A DNA stretch of 24,000 nucleotides, taken from positions 23,599-47,598 of the forward strand of contig JAFCFP010000001.1 in assembly GCA_017608575.1 (NCBI GenBank), read 5' to 3'. Positions within the stretch are counted from its first letter, which is position 1. Each line of letters begins with the position of its first letter. The notes beneath the pieces are model-generated. The model had not been told where the DNA came from, did no database searches, and worked only from the letters and a program-made list of their open reading frames with translations. Of the stretch, positions 7,738 through 14,900 are shown one piece after another. The position numbers and the translations under genes were made by a program. This stretch comes from Candidatus Iainarchaeum sp. (GTDB taxonomy: Archaea > Iainarchaeota > Iainarchaeia > Iainarchaeales > DTGL01).

Positions 7738-7800
7738 TGGATTTTAATTATTCTACTGGACAAGAATTTTAATACTTTCGCCAACTCGCAGGTGCTCAAA

Positions 7801-8814
7801 ATGGCTTCATGTTATGCGGAAAAGCGCTTTGGATTAAAAAAATCCCTTAAAAAAGGCACTAAATGTATTAAATGCGGAAAACCAGCAAAAGTGTTACTTC
7901 CATATGGCCCACAGGCTTTCTGTGAAGAGCATTTCTGCAAATTGATTGAATCACGCTATAAAAAAACAGTGCGTTTATTCAATTTGTTTCCCGCTGGCAA
8001 AAAATTATTGTTTGCAGTGAGCGGCGGCAAGGATTCACTTACTGCTTTGTATTTGGGAAAAAAATTTTTCTCCAAACGCAATCAAATTGAAGCACTGCTT
8101 ATTGATGAAGGAGTCAGGGGCTACAGGGAAAAAGCCCTAAGAGTAGCGGAAAAAAACTGCTATGATTGGGGTGTTCATTTCACGCGTGTTTCCTTTGAAG
8201 AAGAATTCAACATTACAATGGACAAAATAGTGAAAAAAATGTCAAACGCAAAAGAAAACCAGGGCTCGCCTTGTGCGTTTTGTGGGACACTTCGTAGGGC
8301 CCTTATGAACAAATACGCCAAAAAGCTTGGAGCTGTGCGCCTTGTAACAGGCCATAATATGGATGATGAATGCCAAAGCATTTTAATGAATGCATTTGAC
8401 AATGACTTGCAGAGATTTGTCCGTTCAGGTGCAATAACCGGCATAAAGCCATTCAATGGCTTTGTTCAACGCGTTAAGCCCTTGAGTGAAATCCCTGAAA
8501 GAGAAATAGTTTTGTATGCTCTATTCAAGGGTTATTCCACTTATTCAGGGGAATGCTGTCCCTATCATGGAATAGCAAAACGCAATAAATTCAGGGAAAT
8601 CCTGAATGAGTTAGAGGACTCTTATCCTGGCTCAAAGTATTCGCTTTGGAGGTTTTTCAATTCCATCAAGCCATTGCTTTTAAAAAGCACTCCATTTGGT
8701 AATACAAAAATGAATGCATGCACTGAATGCGGAGAGCCAACGCTTTCCATTGAATGCGATGCATGCAAAAAACTGAAAAAGCTAAAAGCACTAAAAAAAC
8801 AACGAAAACCATAA
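7801..8814 (+). CDS. tRNA 2-thiolation PP-loop ATPase (TtuA / Ncs6 / NcsA family)
   Basis: N-terminal zinc finger CIKCGKPA...CEEHF, PP-loop FAVSGGKDS, cluster-type cysteines PCAFCGTLRR and GECCPY, C-terminal zinc finger CTECGEP...CDACKK. ATG 7801 is preceded by AGGTG; the track's GTG start at 7792 lies inside that SD. Confidence 0.85.
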   Translation: MASCYAEKRFGLKKSLKKGTKCIKCGKPAKVLLPYGPQAFCEEHFCKLIESRYKKTVRLFNLFPAGKKLLFAVSGGKDSLTALYLGKKFFSKRNQIEALLIDEGVRGYREKALRVAEKNCYDWGVHFTRVSFEEEFNITMDKIVKKMSNAKENQGSPCAFCGTLRRALMNKYAKKLGAVRLVTGHNMDDECQSILMNAFDNDLQRFVRSGAITGIKPFNGFVQRVKPLSEIPEREIVLYALFKGYSTYSGECCPYHGIAKRNKFREILNELEDSYPGSKYSLWRFFNSIKPLLLKSTPFGNTKMNACTECGEPTLSIECDACKKLKKLKALKKQRKP

Positions 8815-8861
8815 AACACCTGCTTTATTTTAATTTTTTTCCATTGAAATTATTTAACACA

Positions 8862-8934
8862 GGGCCTGTGGTCTAGTGGTTATGACACCACGTTGACATC
8901 GTGGTAATCGGCAGTTCGATTCTGCCCAGGCCCA
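8862..8934 (+). tRNA. tRNA-Val (anticodon GAC)
   Basis: Manual fold: acceptor GGGCCTG/CAGGCCC, anticodon stem CCACG/CGTGG with loop TTGACAT, T arm GGCAG-TTCGATT-CTGCC, discriminator A. No encoded CCA. Confidence 0.9.
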
Positions 8935-8951
8935 CTCCTAATTCAACAACA

Positions 8952-8966
8952 TTTTTTTTGCAAAAA
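8952..8966. terminator. Bidirectional oligo-T terminator between tRNA-Val and the convergent coiled-coil gene
   Basis: TTTTTTTTGCAAAAA gives a T8 run on the + strand after the tRNA and a T5 run on the - strand after the CDS stop. TTTTTGCAAAAA is a perfect palindrome. Archaeal termination at oligo-T is established knowledge. Confidence 0.45.
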
Positions 8967-8974
8967 CAGGTATA

Positions 8975-11482
8975 TTAGGTTCCTTTCAACTTGCTTATTG
9001 CAAGACCCATTTCTGCAGCGAATTGTTTTTCGAATTTTTCCAAGTCATCCATTTTTTTGTCAATTAGCTGGATTCTGTCATTTATTTGCTTTTGCAATGC
9101 AAGCGTTGTAGCATTGAATTTCTTTATTTTTTCATTGAAAGTGGCAATGTTTTGATCAATTACTTTAATGAATTGTTCTTTGAATACATCCAATTCCTTT
9201 GTTTCACGCTTGACTTTTTCAAAGTCAATTTCTTCCTTCATTTCCCTTACAATTCTGTCCTTTTCCCTTTCAAGCTGTTTTGTCATTTGGGAAATACTTT
9301 TAGCGAATTCCCTCTCGCGTTCAGCAATTGAAGCAGATAATGGCTTCATTGCATCTGATACAAGTTTTTCCCTTATTTCAGCAATGCTTAACTTGCTGTA
9401 GGGCTGCAAGCCACGGATTATTTCCTCTCTTTTGTTTATTATTTCATTGGCTCTGTCTTCAAGTTCTTTTATTCCCTTGCTGGTTTCATCCATAAACTTT
9501 TTCATTTCACTTTTTGTCTTAATGAGCTCTGAATTCATGTATGAAACGAGCTGGTCTTGTGTTTCCTTTAATTCCTTTTTCTTCTTTTCAAGAGCAGCGA
9601 TTTTTTGCATGTAGTTTTGCATTATTTTGTCCGCTTCTTTGAGTTTGGTTTGCACTTTTAAAAGCATTGCCTCTTCTGCTTTTGTTTGCCCTTCTTTTAT
9701 CATTTCTTCGAGTTCTTTCCTCATTTGTGCTTTTTCTTTTTCAAGTTTTGCCATCTCGTTTTCTACTTCTTTTTGCAGGGCATTCACTGCTGCAAGCCTT
9801 TCCTGAATTGTTTTTTTGAGTTCTTTTTCTTTTTGGTCAACTCTTTCGTTTACCTTGAGCCTTATTTCTTCTTCGAGTTTTTTCTTTGTGGCTTCTAGTT
9901 CTGCCAGTTTTTGTTTTACTTTTTCGGGTGCCAGTTCTTTTCTGAGTTCTTTGAGGTCGGCTATTTCTTTTTCAACATATTTTTTCAATTCGTCAAGGTT
10001 TGCCATTTTCACTCTTTCAATCCTGCTCTTTGCTTCATCCATTAGGTCTTCTATTACCTCTGATTCGAGTTCAAGCGTTTTGGTTACGCGTGTGTCCAGT
10101 TCCTCCATTTTTTTGTCCGCTTCTTGCAGGAATGATTCTATTTCGGTTTTTGTTGTTTCAGATAACCTTGAGAGCTCCGCTTTGGAGTTTTTAACCAGTT
10201 CTTTTGTTTCTTTTCTCGAGCCTTCAATTAGCTGGTTTAATTCCTTTTTTGAACCGCCTATTAATTCCGATAATTCTTTTCGCGAGGTTGCAAGGAGTTG
10301 TTCTGTTTCGGTTTTTGCTTTTTCAATTAAGTTTTTTGTTTCCATTTGGGTGTTTGAAAGTATTTGGGCAGTGTCCTTCTGGGCTTTTAAAATAAGCGCG
10401 TTTATTTCCTCTTGAGAGCTTGAGAGCAGTGCATTTGTGTCAGCTTTTGATTTTGATATTGTTGCAGTTGTTTCGTTCCTTGCCCTTTCAAGCAACGCGT
10501 TTAATTCTGCTTGGGATTTTTCAATTACTTCATTTGTGTCGGTTTTTGCTTTTTCAATTATTGCGTTCATTTCAGCAATATGGCTTTTTTTAAGTTCTTC
10601 AAATTCTGCTATTAATCCATTAATGCGTTTTTTTGACTCGGTTGTTATTTCGTTTATTGCCTCTTTTCTGAGTTCTTCAAATACTTTTTCGGCGTTTTTT
10701 ACCTTTGAACGAATGCTTTTTCTGAGTTCAGCAGCGGTTTCCTCTTTGGCTTGTTCTATTGTTTTGTGGATTTCTTCAAAATGAGCTTGTTCTTTTCTCA
10801 GCCTTTCGATTTCTTCGCTTGTTTTTTGATGCAATTCTTCAAGCCTTTTTATTTCAGCGGAAAATTTTTCGCTTTTGGCTTGCTCTTCTTTTATTTGCTG
10901 GAGGCTGAGATTTATTTTTTCATTGAGCTTTTTCAGTTCTGATATTTTTGCGTCAATTATTTCGTTTACTCCTTTTACTTTTTCATCAATAATGGATTTT
11001 ATTTTTTCAGTTTGCAGTGCATTCTTTGAATCAATCAGTGTTTGAATTTTTTGCATTTCTTTTTTTATTCTTTCATTGAATTTTTTGTCAAATGCTTGGG
11101 CTGAATATGCTTCTATTTTTTTCTCCAATTCCTTTTGTGATTTTTTGATTTCCTCTATTTTTGCATTAACCGAGCTCACAAATCCTTTTTCCCAAATTTC
11201 TTGCACTTTTTTTCTTTCTTCCTGTTTTTCCCTTTCCTCTATGTCGTGCAATGTTTCGCCTTTTATTTCAACCACTTGCTTCATTGCTTCCTTTGCTTTT
11301 ATTTCTGGTTTTGCACTGAGTTTTAAGTCTTCCTTTATTTCGCCTTTTGCTTCAGCTAGCATTTCTTTTGCTTCTTTTTCACTTAAGCCAACATCGCGCA
11401 GGTTTTGGATTATTTCGCTTTCGCTCAGGTTTAAATCCAAAAGCTTGCGGATTGATTCCAGTATTACTGCCTTTTTATCCAT
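8975..11482 (-). CDS. Large coiled-coil protein of unknown function (835 aa) with a central hendecad-repeat array
   Basis: Uninterrupted 835-codon ORF, extremely K/E/L/I-rich with heptad and hendecad periodicity throughout. The N-terminal ~45 aa (ILESIRKLLDLNLSESEIIQNLRDVGLSEKEAKEMLAEA) looks like a small UBA-like helical bundle. No Walker A/B motifs, so it is not SMC/Rad50. Confidence 0.8.
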   Translation of the reverse strand: MDKKAVILESIRKLLDLNLSESEIIQNLRDVGLSEKEAKEMLAEAKGEIKEDLKLSAKPEIKAKEAMKQVVEIKGETLHDIEEREKQEERKKVQEIWEKGFVSSVNAKIEEIKKSQKELEKKIEAYSAQAFDKKFNERIKKEMQKIQTLIDSKNALQTEKIKSIIDEKVKGVNEIIDAKISELKKLNEKINLSLQQIKEEQAKSEKFSAEIKRLEELHQKTSEEIERLRKEQAHFEEIHKTIEQAKEETAAELRKSIRSKVKNAEKVFEELRKEAINEITTESKKRINGLIAEFEELKKSHIAEMNAIIEKAKTDTNEVIEKSQAELNALLERARNETTATISKSKADTNALLSSSQEEINALILKAQKDTAQILSNTQMETKNLIEKAKTETEQLLATSRKELSELIGGSKKELNQLIEGSRKETKELVKNSKAELSRLSETTKTEIESFLQEADKKMEELDTRVTKTLELESEVIEDLMDEAKSRIERVKMANLDELKKYVEKEIADLKELRKELAPEKVKQKLAELEATKKKLEEEIRLKVNERVDQKEKELKKTIQERLAAVNALQKEVENEMAKLEKEKAQMRKELEEMIKEGQTKAEEAMLLKVQTKLKEADKIMQNYMQKIAALEKKKKELKETQDQLVSYMNSELIKTKSEMKKFMDETSKGIKELEDRANEIINKREEIIRGLQPYSKLSIAEIREKLVSDAMKPLSASIAEREREFAKSISQMTKQLEREKDRIVREMKEEIDFEKVKRETKELDVFKEQFIKVIDQNIATFNEKIKKFNATTLALQKQINDRIQLIDKKMDDLEKFEKQFAAEMGLAISKLKGT
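10127..10588 (-). repeat. 14 tandem 11-residue (33-nt) protein repeats inside the coiled-coil gene
   Basis: Residues 299-452 run in exact 11-aa register: EKAKTDTNEVI/EKSQAELNALL/ERARNETTATI/SKSKADTNALL/SSSQEEINALI/LKAQKDTAQIL/SNTQMETKNLI/EKAKTETEQLL/ATSRKELSELI/GGSKKELNQLI/EGSRKETKELV/KNSKAELSRLS/ETTKTEIESFL. Consensus is roughly E-K-S-K-x-E-[TL]-x-x-L-[IL]. The repeats are diverged at the DNA level. Confidence 0.8.
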
Positions 11483-11504
11483 TTCAAATCAAATAATAGT
11501 CTAA

Positions 11505-11518
11505 GGATTTATAAAAAG
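11505..11518 (-). promoter_or_regulatory. Candidate TATA box (CTTTTTATAAATCC on - strand) for the coiled-coil gene
   Basis: TTTATAAAT is centred about 29 nt upstream of ATG 11482. No SD is present, consistent with a leaderless transcript. Confidence 0.4.
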
Positions 11519-11848
11519 ATAACTGTTTGCATTTGCCAGCCAAAAAACTGTCCAAAGAGGGAGTTTTGGGAGTCAAGGTATTGAAATTATTTATTAAAAA
11601 CCTGTTTATGTCGAAACCTTTAGATTGCGACATTAAGCAGGAGATGATTAAGTCAATAGAAGCACTATCGATTAAAAAAATTTCAAAACAATTGGCAATA
11701 CAATTAAAATTCTTATTGGCAGGATTTAATCTTAAGGCAGGCATTAGTTGTGTAATGCGAAAAAATCAAAACCATTACAAGCGCTTTTGTTGCAAGCACC
11801 TGCCAAGCCATTTGCAGAGTTAATAAAACCATTTAAAGCACACAGAGT

Positions 11849-11922
11849 GGGCCGGTGGTGTAGTTCGGTAACACGCGTCCTTGGCATGGACGAGACCCCG
11901 AGTTCAAATCTCGGCCGGTCCA
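11849..11922 (+). tRNA. tRNA-Ala (anticodon GGC)
   Basis: Acceptor GGGCCGG/CCGGTCC includes the G3:U70 alanine identity pair. Anticodon stem CGTCC/GGACG with loop TTGGCAT, T arm CCGAG-TTCAAAT-CTCGG, discriminator A. An AT-rich TTAATAAAA lies about 26 nt upstream. Confidence 0.9.
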
Positions 11923-12016
11923 CTTACTCTTTCTCCAAGAAAAAGGTTTCGAGCAATTTTTTAATTGTTCTTTTTTCAATTGCTTCAAAAATTAGTTCAG
12001 GCATTCAGTTACAAAT

Positions 12017-12235
12017 TCAAATTGAAATGAGTATTATGTTGTCACCGCGTAGCATTATTTTTCCGTATTTTGTCTTTGCTTCGTTTTCCACAAGTTCTTC
12101 CGCTTCTTCCAGCACCAAGTTCAAGTGAACATCAAATGCTTTGAGTGTGCCGCGTATTCCGCGGTTGTCTTTCAGTTTCACCAGCACTTGCTTGCCCACT
12201 GCATTGTTCAAGTCATCAAATGGTCTTTTTGTCAT
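12017..12235 (-). CDS. Sm-like (LSm) archaeal RNA-binding protein
   Basis: 72 aa. Sm1 (VLVKLKDNRGIRGTLKAFDVHLNLVLEEAEE) and Sm2 (IMLRGDNIILI) motifs. The ATG overlaps the minD-like stop (ATGA at 12232..12235). Confidence 0.9.
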   Translation of the reverse strand: MTKRPFDDLNNAVGKQVLVKLKDNRGIRGTLKAFDVHLNLVLEEAEELVENEAKTKYGKIMLRGDNIILISI

Positions 12236-13047
12236 TTTTTATTCGCCTCCGTGCTCTTTTTTTCGGGTTTCTTTTTGAAAATGCTTAAAAGTTTTGCAAG
12301 GAATCCCTGTCTTTTGACTTCATCAAATTTGACCTCCTGGCCGCTGAGTTTTGCTGCTGTTAACTGGAATGCTTTGCCGGCAGGAGAATTGGGTTTTCTT
12401 AAAATTATTGGTTTTGAATCCTTCAAAATGAATGTTTTTCTCACTTCCGGGTCATAAGGAATTACTCCATAACAGGGCAATTCCAGCATTTTCATTATTT
12501 CGTCCTTTGCTAACTCGCCTTTTTCTCCCCGCATCATGTTTATTATTACTCCGAATGGCTTTGACATGAGTCTTTCGGCAACCATTTTTGTTTTAAGCGC
12601 ATCAGCCAGGCTCGGCGAGTTAGGCAGTGTTACGAGCAATACTTGCTTGCTTGAACCAAGCGATGACATAACGTTTCTTTCAATTCCTGCAGGGGCGTCA
12701 AGCAATACAAAATCATAATTGTCTTCAACTGCTTCAATAACGCCTTTGAGTCTTTGCGAGTCAGCGCTCCTATAGCTTTCCAGGCTTAAACCGCTTGGAA
12801 TGAAGTCAACTCCTTTTGGACCGGAATAAATTGCATCCTCTACAGAGGCTTCTCCTATTAGCACTTCGTGCAATGTTATGGGAGAGTTTTGCATTTGCAA
12901 TAATAATGAAAGATTAGCCATTGCAATGTCCGCATCAACCATTAAAACTCTTTGCCCTGACATTGCAAGCGCAATTCCAACGTTTGCGGTTATTGTGGTT
13001 TTTCCCACTCCGCCTTTTCCAGAGGCAATTGTAATACTTCTGCCCAT
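12232..13047 (-). CDS. minD: MinD/ParA-family P-loop ATPase with a C-terminal amphipathic helix
   Basis: Deviant Walker A SGKGGVGKTT, switch regions MVDADI and VLLDAPAG, overall MinD-like. The tail GFLAKLLSIFKKK (nt 12277..12306) is a classic amphipathic membrane-targeting sequence followed by a basic tail. Confidence 0.85.
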   Translation of the reverse strand: MGRSITIASGKGGVGKTTITANVGIALAMSGQRVLMVDADIAMANLSLLLQMQNSPITLHEVLIGEASVEDAIYSGPKGVDFIPSGLSLESYRSADSQRLKGVIEAVEDNYDFVLLDAPAGIERNVMSSLGSSKQVLLVTLPNSPSLADALKTKMVAERLMSKPFGVIINMMRGEKGELAKDEIMKMLELPCYGVIPYDPEVRKTFILKDSKPIILRKPNSPAGKAFQLTAAKLSGQEVKFDEVKRQGFLAKLLSIFKKKPEKKSTEANKK

Positions 13048-13089
13048 TTTTTTTGCTCCATTGAATTCTTTTATAGAATTAAGGCATAA

Positions 13090-13103
13090 TTTTTTTTAAA
13101 CCC
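13090..13103 (-). promoter_or_regulatory. Candidate TATA box (GGGTTTAAAAAAAA on - strand) for the minD-Sm operon
   Basis: The GGTTTAAA core is shared with other promoters in the window and lies about 45 nt upstream of ATG 13047. Confidence 0.35.
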
Positions 13104-13123
13104 GCTGTTGTGCTTTTTTTTGC

Positions 13124-13621
13124 CTATCTTTCTTCAACTCCAAATATTCCGGCTCTTTTGAATATGTCAAAGCGTGTTTTTTCCTCTGCTTTACTTCCTT
13201 CAAGTGCTTGTTTTGCATAATGCTCTGAGTACTTTGAAGGAATTGCCCTTGAAACCTTTTTAATATCCATTGGCTCTTTTAATAGAATTTTTTCCTGAAA
13301 CGCAGTAATGAGGTCAATTTGTTGGCTTGTTAGTGCAACAATATCAATTATTCCCTTTTTTGCAAGCAAGCAATTGAATGCTCTTTCAATTGCATTCGCT
13401 CCAAGCAATTCCTTGTCTTTGTTGATGTAGTCATAAAAAGCGCCGATTATTGTGCCCTGCTTGAACAATATTACTCCTTCCTCTATGCCAGCATAGCCTT
13501 TTATTGTGCAGATCAAATAGCCAGTGAAGTTTGATTTTATTAAGGCAATTATTTTGCTTTCGGCTTTTATGTCCTCTGTTTTGAGTCCTTCTTCAAGTTT
13601 TTGTCCAGCCGGCAAATCCAT
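13124..13621 (-). CDS. Hypothetical protein with a DUF4388/DUF2226-like domain
   Basis: 165 aa. The pattern FTGYLICTIKGYAGIEEGVILFKQGTIIGAFYDY...LLGANAIERAFNCLL..GIIDIVAL resembles the DUF4388-type fold (tG.L......g.i.f..G.i..A.....G..A). Assignment by eye only. Confidence 0.45.
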   Translation of the reverse strand: MDLPAGQKLEEGLKTEDIKAESKIIALIKSNFTGYLICTIKGYAGIEEGVILFKQGTIIGAFYDYINKDKELLGANAIERAFNCLLAKKGIIDIVALTSQQIDLITAFQEKILLKEPMDIKKVSRAIPSKYSEHYAKQALEGSKAEEKTRFDIFKRAGIFGVEER

Positions 13622-13740
13622 TCAAATCAACGCTATAATTTAACTAATAAGTTATTTAAAAGCATTTATTTTAATTATTTCTTAAAAGCGCTATTTCTTA
13701 TAGCGGTTTTTTTTTGGCTTATGTTCAAGAGGTGGGTTTA

Positions 13741-14136
13741 ATGGAAAAAACATTCAAAAAAGTATCTCAGTTAAAAGAAGGAAGCTATATCCTTATTGAT
13801 GGAATTCCCTCACGGGTTAAAGGAATTGAAAAAAGCAAGGCCGGAAGACACGGTTCAACAAAAGCGCGAATTACCGCTTTTGGATTGTTTGATGACCAAA
13901 AACGCCAATTGCTAAAGCCAACGTCCGCAGAAGTGGAAGTGCCAATAATAAAACGCGGCAACGCCCAAGTTGTTGCAGTAATGGGTGGCATAGTGCAATT
14001 AATGGATTTAAAAAGCTATGAATGCTTTAATGTTCAAAAGCCAAAGGACTTGGGAGGGCTAAAAGGCGGTGTTGAACTGGAATACATTAAATACGGAGAC
14101 AATGCACGCATTCTGAAAAAAAGGCAAACAGAATGA
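13741..14136 (+). CDS. eif5a: Translation initiation factor 5A (aIF5A)
   Basis: GSYILIDGIPSRVKGIEKSKAGRHGSTKARITAFGLFDD...LKPTSAEVEVPIIKRGNAQVVAV aligns along its length with archaeal aIF5A. The track start at 13714 is a TTG; ATG 13741 follows GAGGTG at the right spacing. Confidence 0.9.
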   Translation: MEKTFKKVSQLKEGSYILIDGIPSRVKGIEKSKAGRHGSTKARITAFGLFDDQKRQLLKPTSAEVEVPIIKRGNAQVVAVMGGIVQLMDLKSYECFNVQKPKDLGGLKGGVELEYIKYGDNARILKKRQTE

Positions 14137-14148
14137 GCGGGTTGTTAA

Positions 14149-14439
14149 ATGCAGCTTGAATTCAAGGATTACACGCAAAAGCCCTGCAAGGGCTCTGCGG
14201 CAATTGAATTCATTCCAAAGAAAAACAAACGCATTGACTTGGAAAGAACATTCGCTGTACTAATGGATTGCAGTGAAATAAGCATTGAAGCCCAAATGCC
14301 GAGAATGCTTTTATTGAAGTGTAATTCCTGCACTGTGAGTTTTTTTGGCAGTGGAAAAGTCTTGGTGCGGAACGCCAAAAACGACAAACAGGCAAAGACA
14401 GCCATTAAAACACTCCTAAAATGCATTGCAAAGGTTTAA
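14149..14439 (+). CDS. Small protein resembling a single TBP (TATA-binding protein) repeat
   Basis: 96 aa, 12 nt downstream of aIF5A. IDLERTFAVLMDC..IEAQMPRMLLLKCNSCTVSFFGSGKVLVRNAKNDKQAKTAIKTLLKCI parallels one TBP repeat (LDLEKV....[46 protein letters not shown]). Similarity judged by eye. Confidence 0.45.
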   Translation: MQLEFKDYTQKPCKGSAAIEFIPKKNKRIDLERTFAVLMDCSEISIEAQMPRMLLLKCNSCTVSFFGSGKVLVRNAKNDKQAKTAIKTLLKCIAKV

Positions 14440-14441
14440 AT
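14428..14441 (+). promoter_or_regulatory. BRE/TATA promoter core GCAAAGGTTTAAAT (copy 1 of 3)
   Basis: Identical 14-mer at 14428, 14831 and 15654, each 45-56 nt upstream of a membrane-protein ATG that has a strong GGAGGTG/GGAGGCG SD. This copy overlaps the last codons of the preceding gene. Confidence 0.6.
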
Positions 14442-14486
14442 TGATTTATTGCTTTTTTCTTTCAATGTGTTTTGGAGGTGCAATGA

Positions 14487-14795
14487 ATGCCAGTACGAGA
14501 AATAACAAGAATTGACCCCATTCAGTATGGGAAGGTAATGGCAGTCATAACAGCAATTGTTTTATTCATTGAAGGAATTATTTTAACAATTTTGTTTGGC
14601 TTTTTGGGCGCTGTTGCTGGAATTGGAGCCAATGCCGGAATGAATGCAGGTATGGGGGTTGCTGGTGGTCTCATAATGACTGTACTGTTAACAATATGCG
14701 GTTTAATCTTTGGCTTTATTTTTGGAGCTCTTGGCGCTTGGCTTTACAACTTTGTTGCAGGAAAAATTGGCGGAATAAAAATAGAACTCAAATAA
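14487..14795 (+). CDS. Small glycine-rich integral membrane protein
   Basis: 102 aa. Hydrophobic helices flank GAVAGIGANAGMNAGMGVAGG; the C-terminal part is YNFVAGKIGGIKIELK. A GGAGGTG SD lies 7 nt upstream. Confidence 0.65.
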   Translation: MPVREITRIDPIQYGKVMAVITAIVLFIEGIILTILFGFLGAVAGIGANAGMNAGMGVAGGLIMTVLLTICGLIFGFIFGALGAWLYNFVAGKIGGIKIELK

Positions 14796-14798
14796 TGC

Positions 14799-14823
14799 TT
14801 TTTTTTCTTTTTTTACTTTTTTT
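14799..14823 (+). terminator. Oligo-T termination region
   Basis: Three T-runs (T8, T7, T7) lie immediately after the stop at 14793..14795, the usual archaeal intrinsic termination signal. Confidence 0.4.
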
Positions 14824-14830
14824 GCCTTTT

Positions 14831-14845
14831 GCAAAGGTTTAAATA
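14831..14845 (+). promoter_or_regulatory. BRE/TATA promoter core GCAAAGGTTTAAATA (copy 2 of 3)
   Basis: Same core as at 14428 and 15654; lies 56 nt upstream of ATG 14901, and AGGAGGTG is 7 nt upstream of that ATG. Confidence 0.6.
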
Positions 14846-14900
14846 TATGCAATACTTATTATTTACAAATTATGCTTTCAATAAAAGGAGGTGAAAGCTG

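Noticed and set aside
11429-11441. CAGGTTTAAATCC on the + strand inside the coiled-coil gene, resembling the promoter core
   Set aside because: It lies within a coding sequence on the opposite strand and has no convincing downstream gene. The nearest ATG ORF is about 170 nt away and doubtful. It is probably a chance match in AT-rich DNA.
9086-11504. Many + strand ORFs (up to 199 aa, S/F/L-rich) opposite the coiled-coil gene
   Set aside because: The antisense of a long GAA/AAA/GAG-rich gene is naturally stop-poor (TTC/TTT/CTC codons). These are compositional artefacts.
11748-12128. 126-aa + strand ORF
   Set aside because: It runs straight through tRNA-Ala and then antisense to the Sm gene, so it is not credible as coding.
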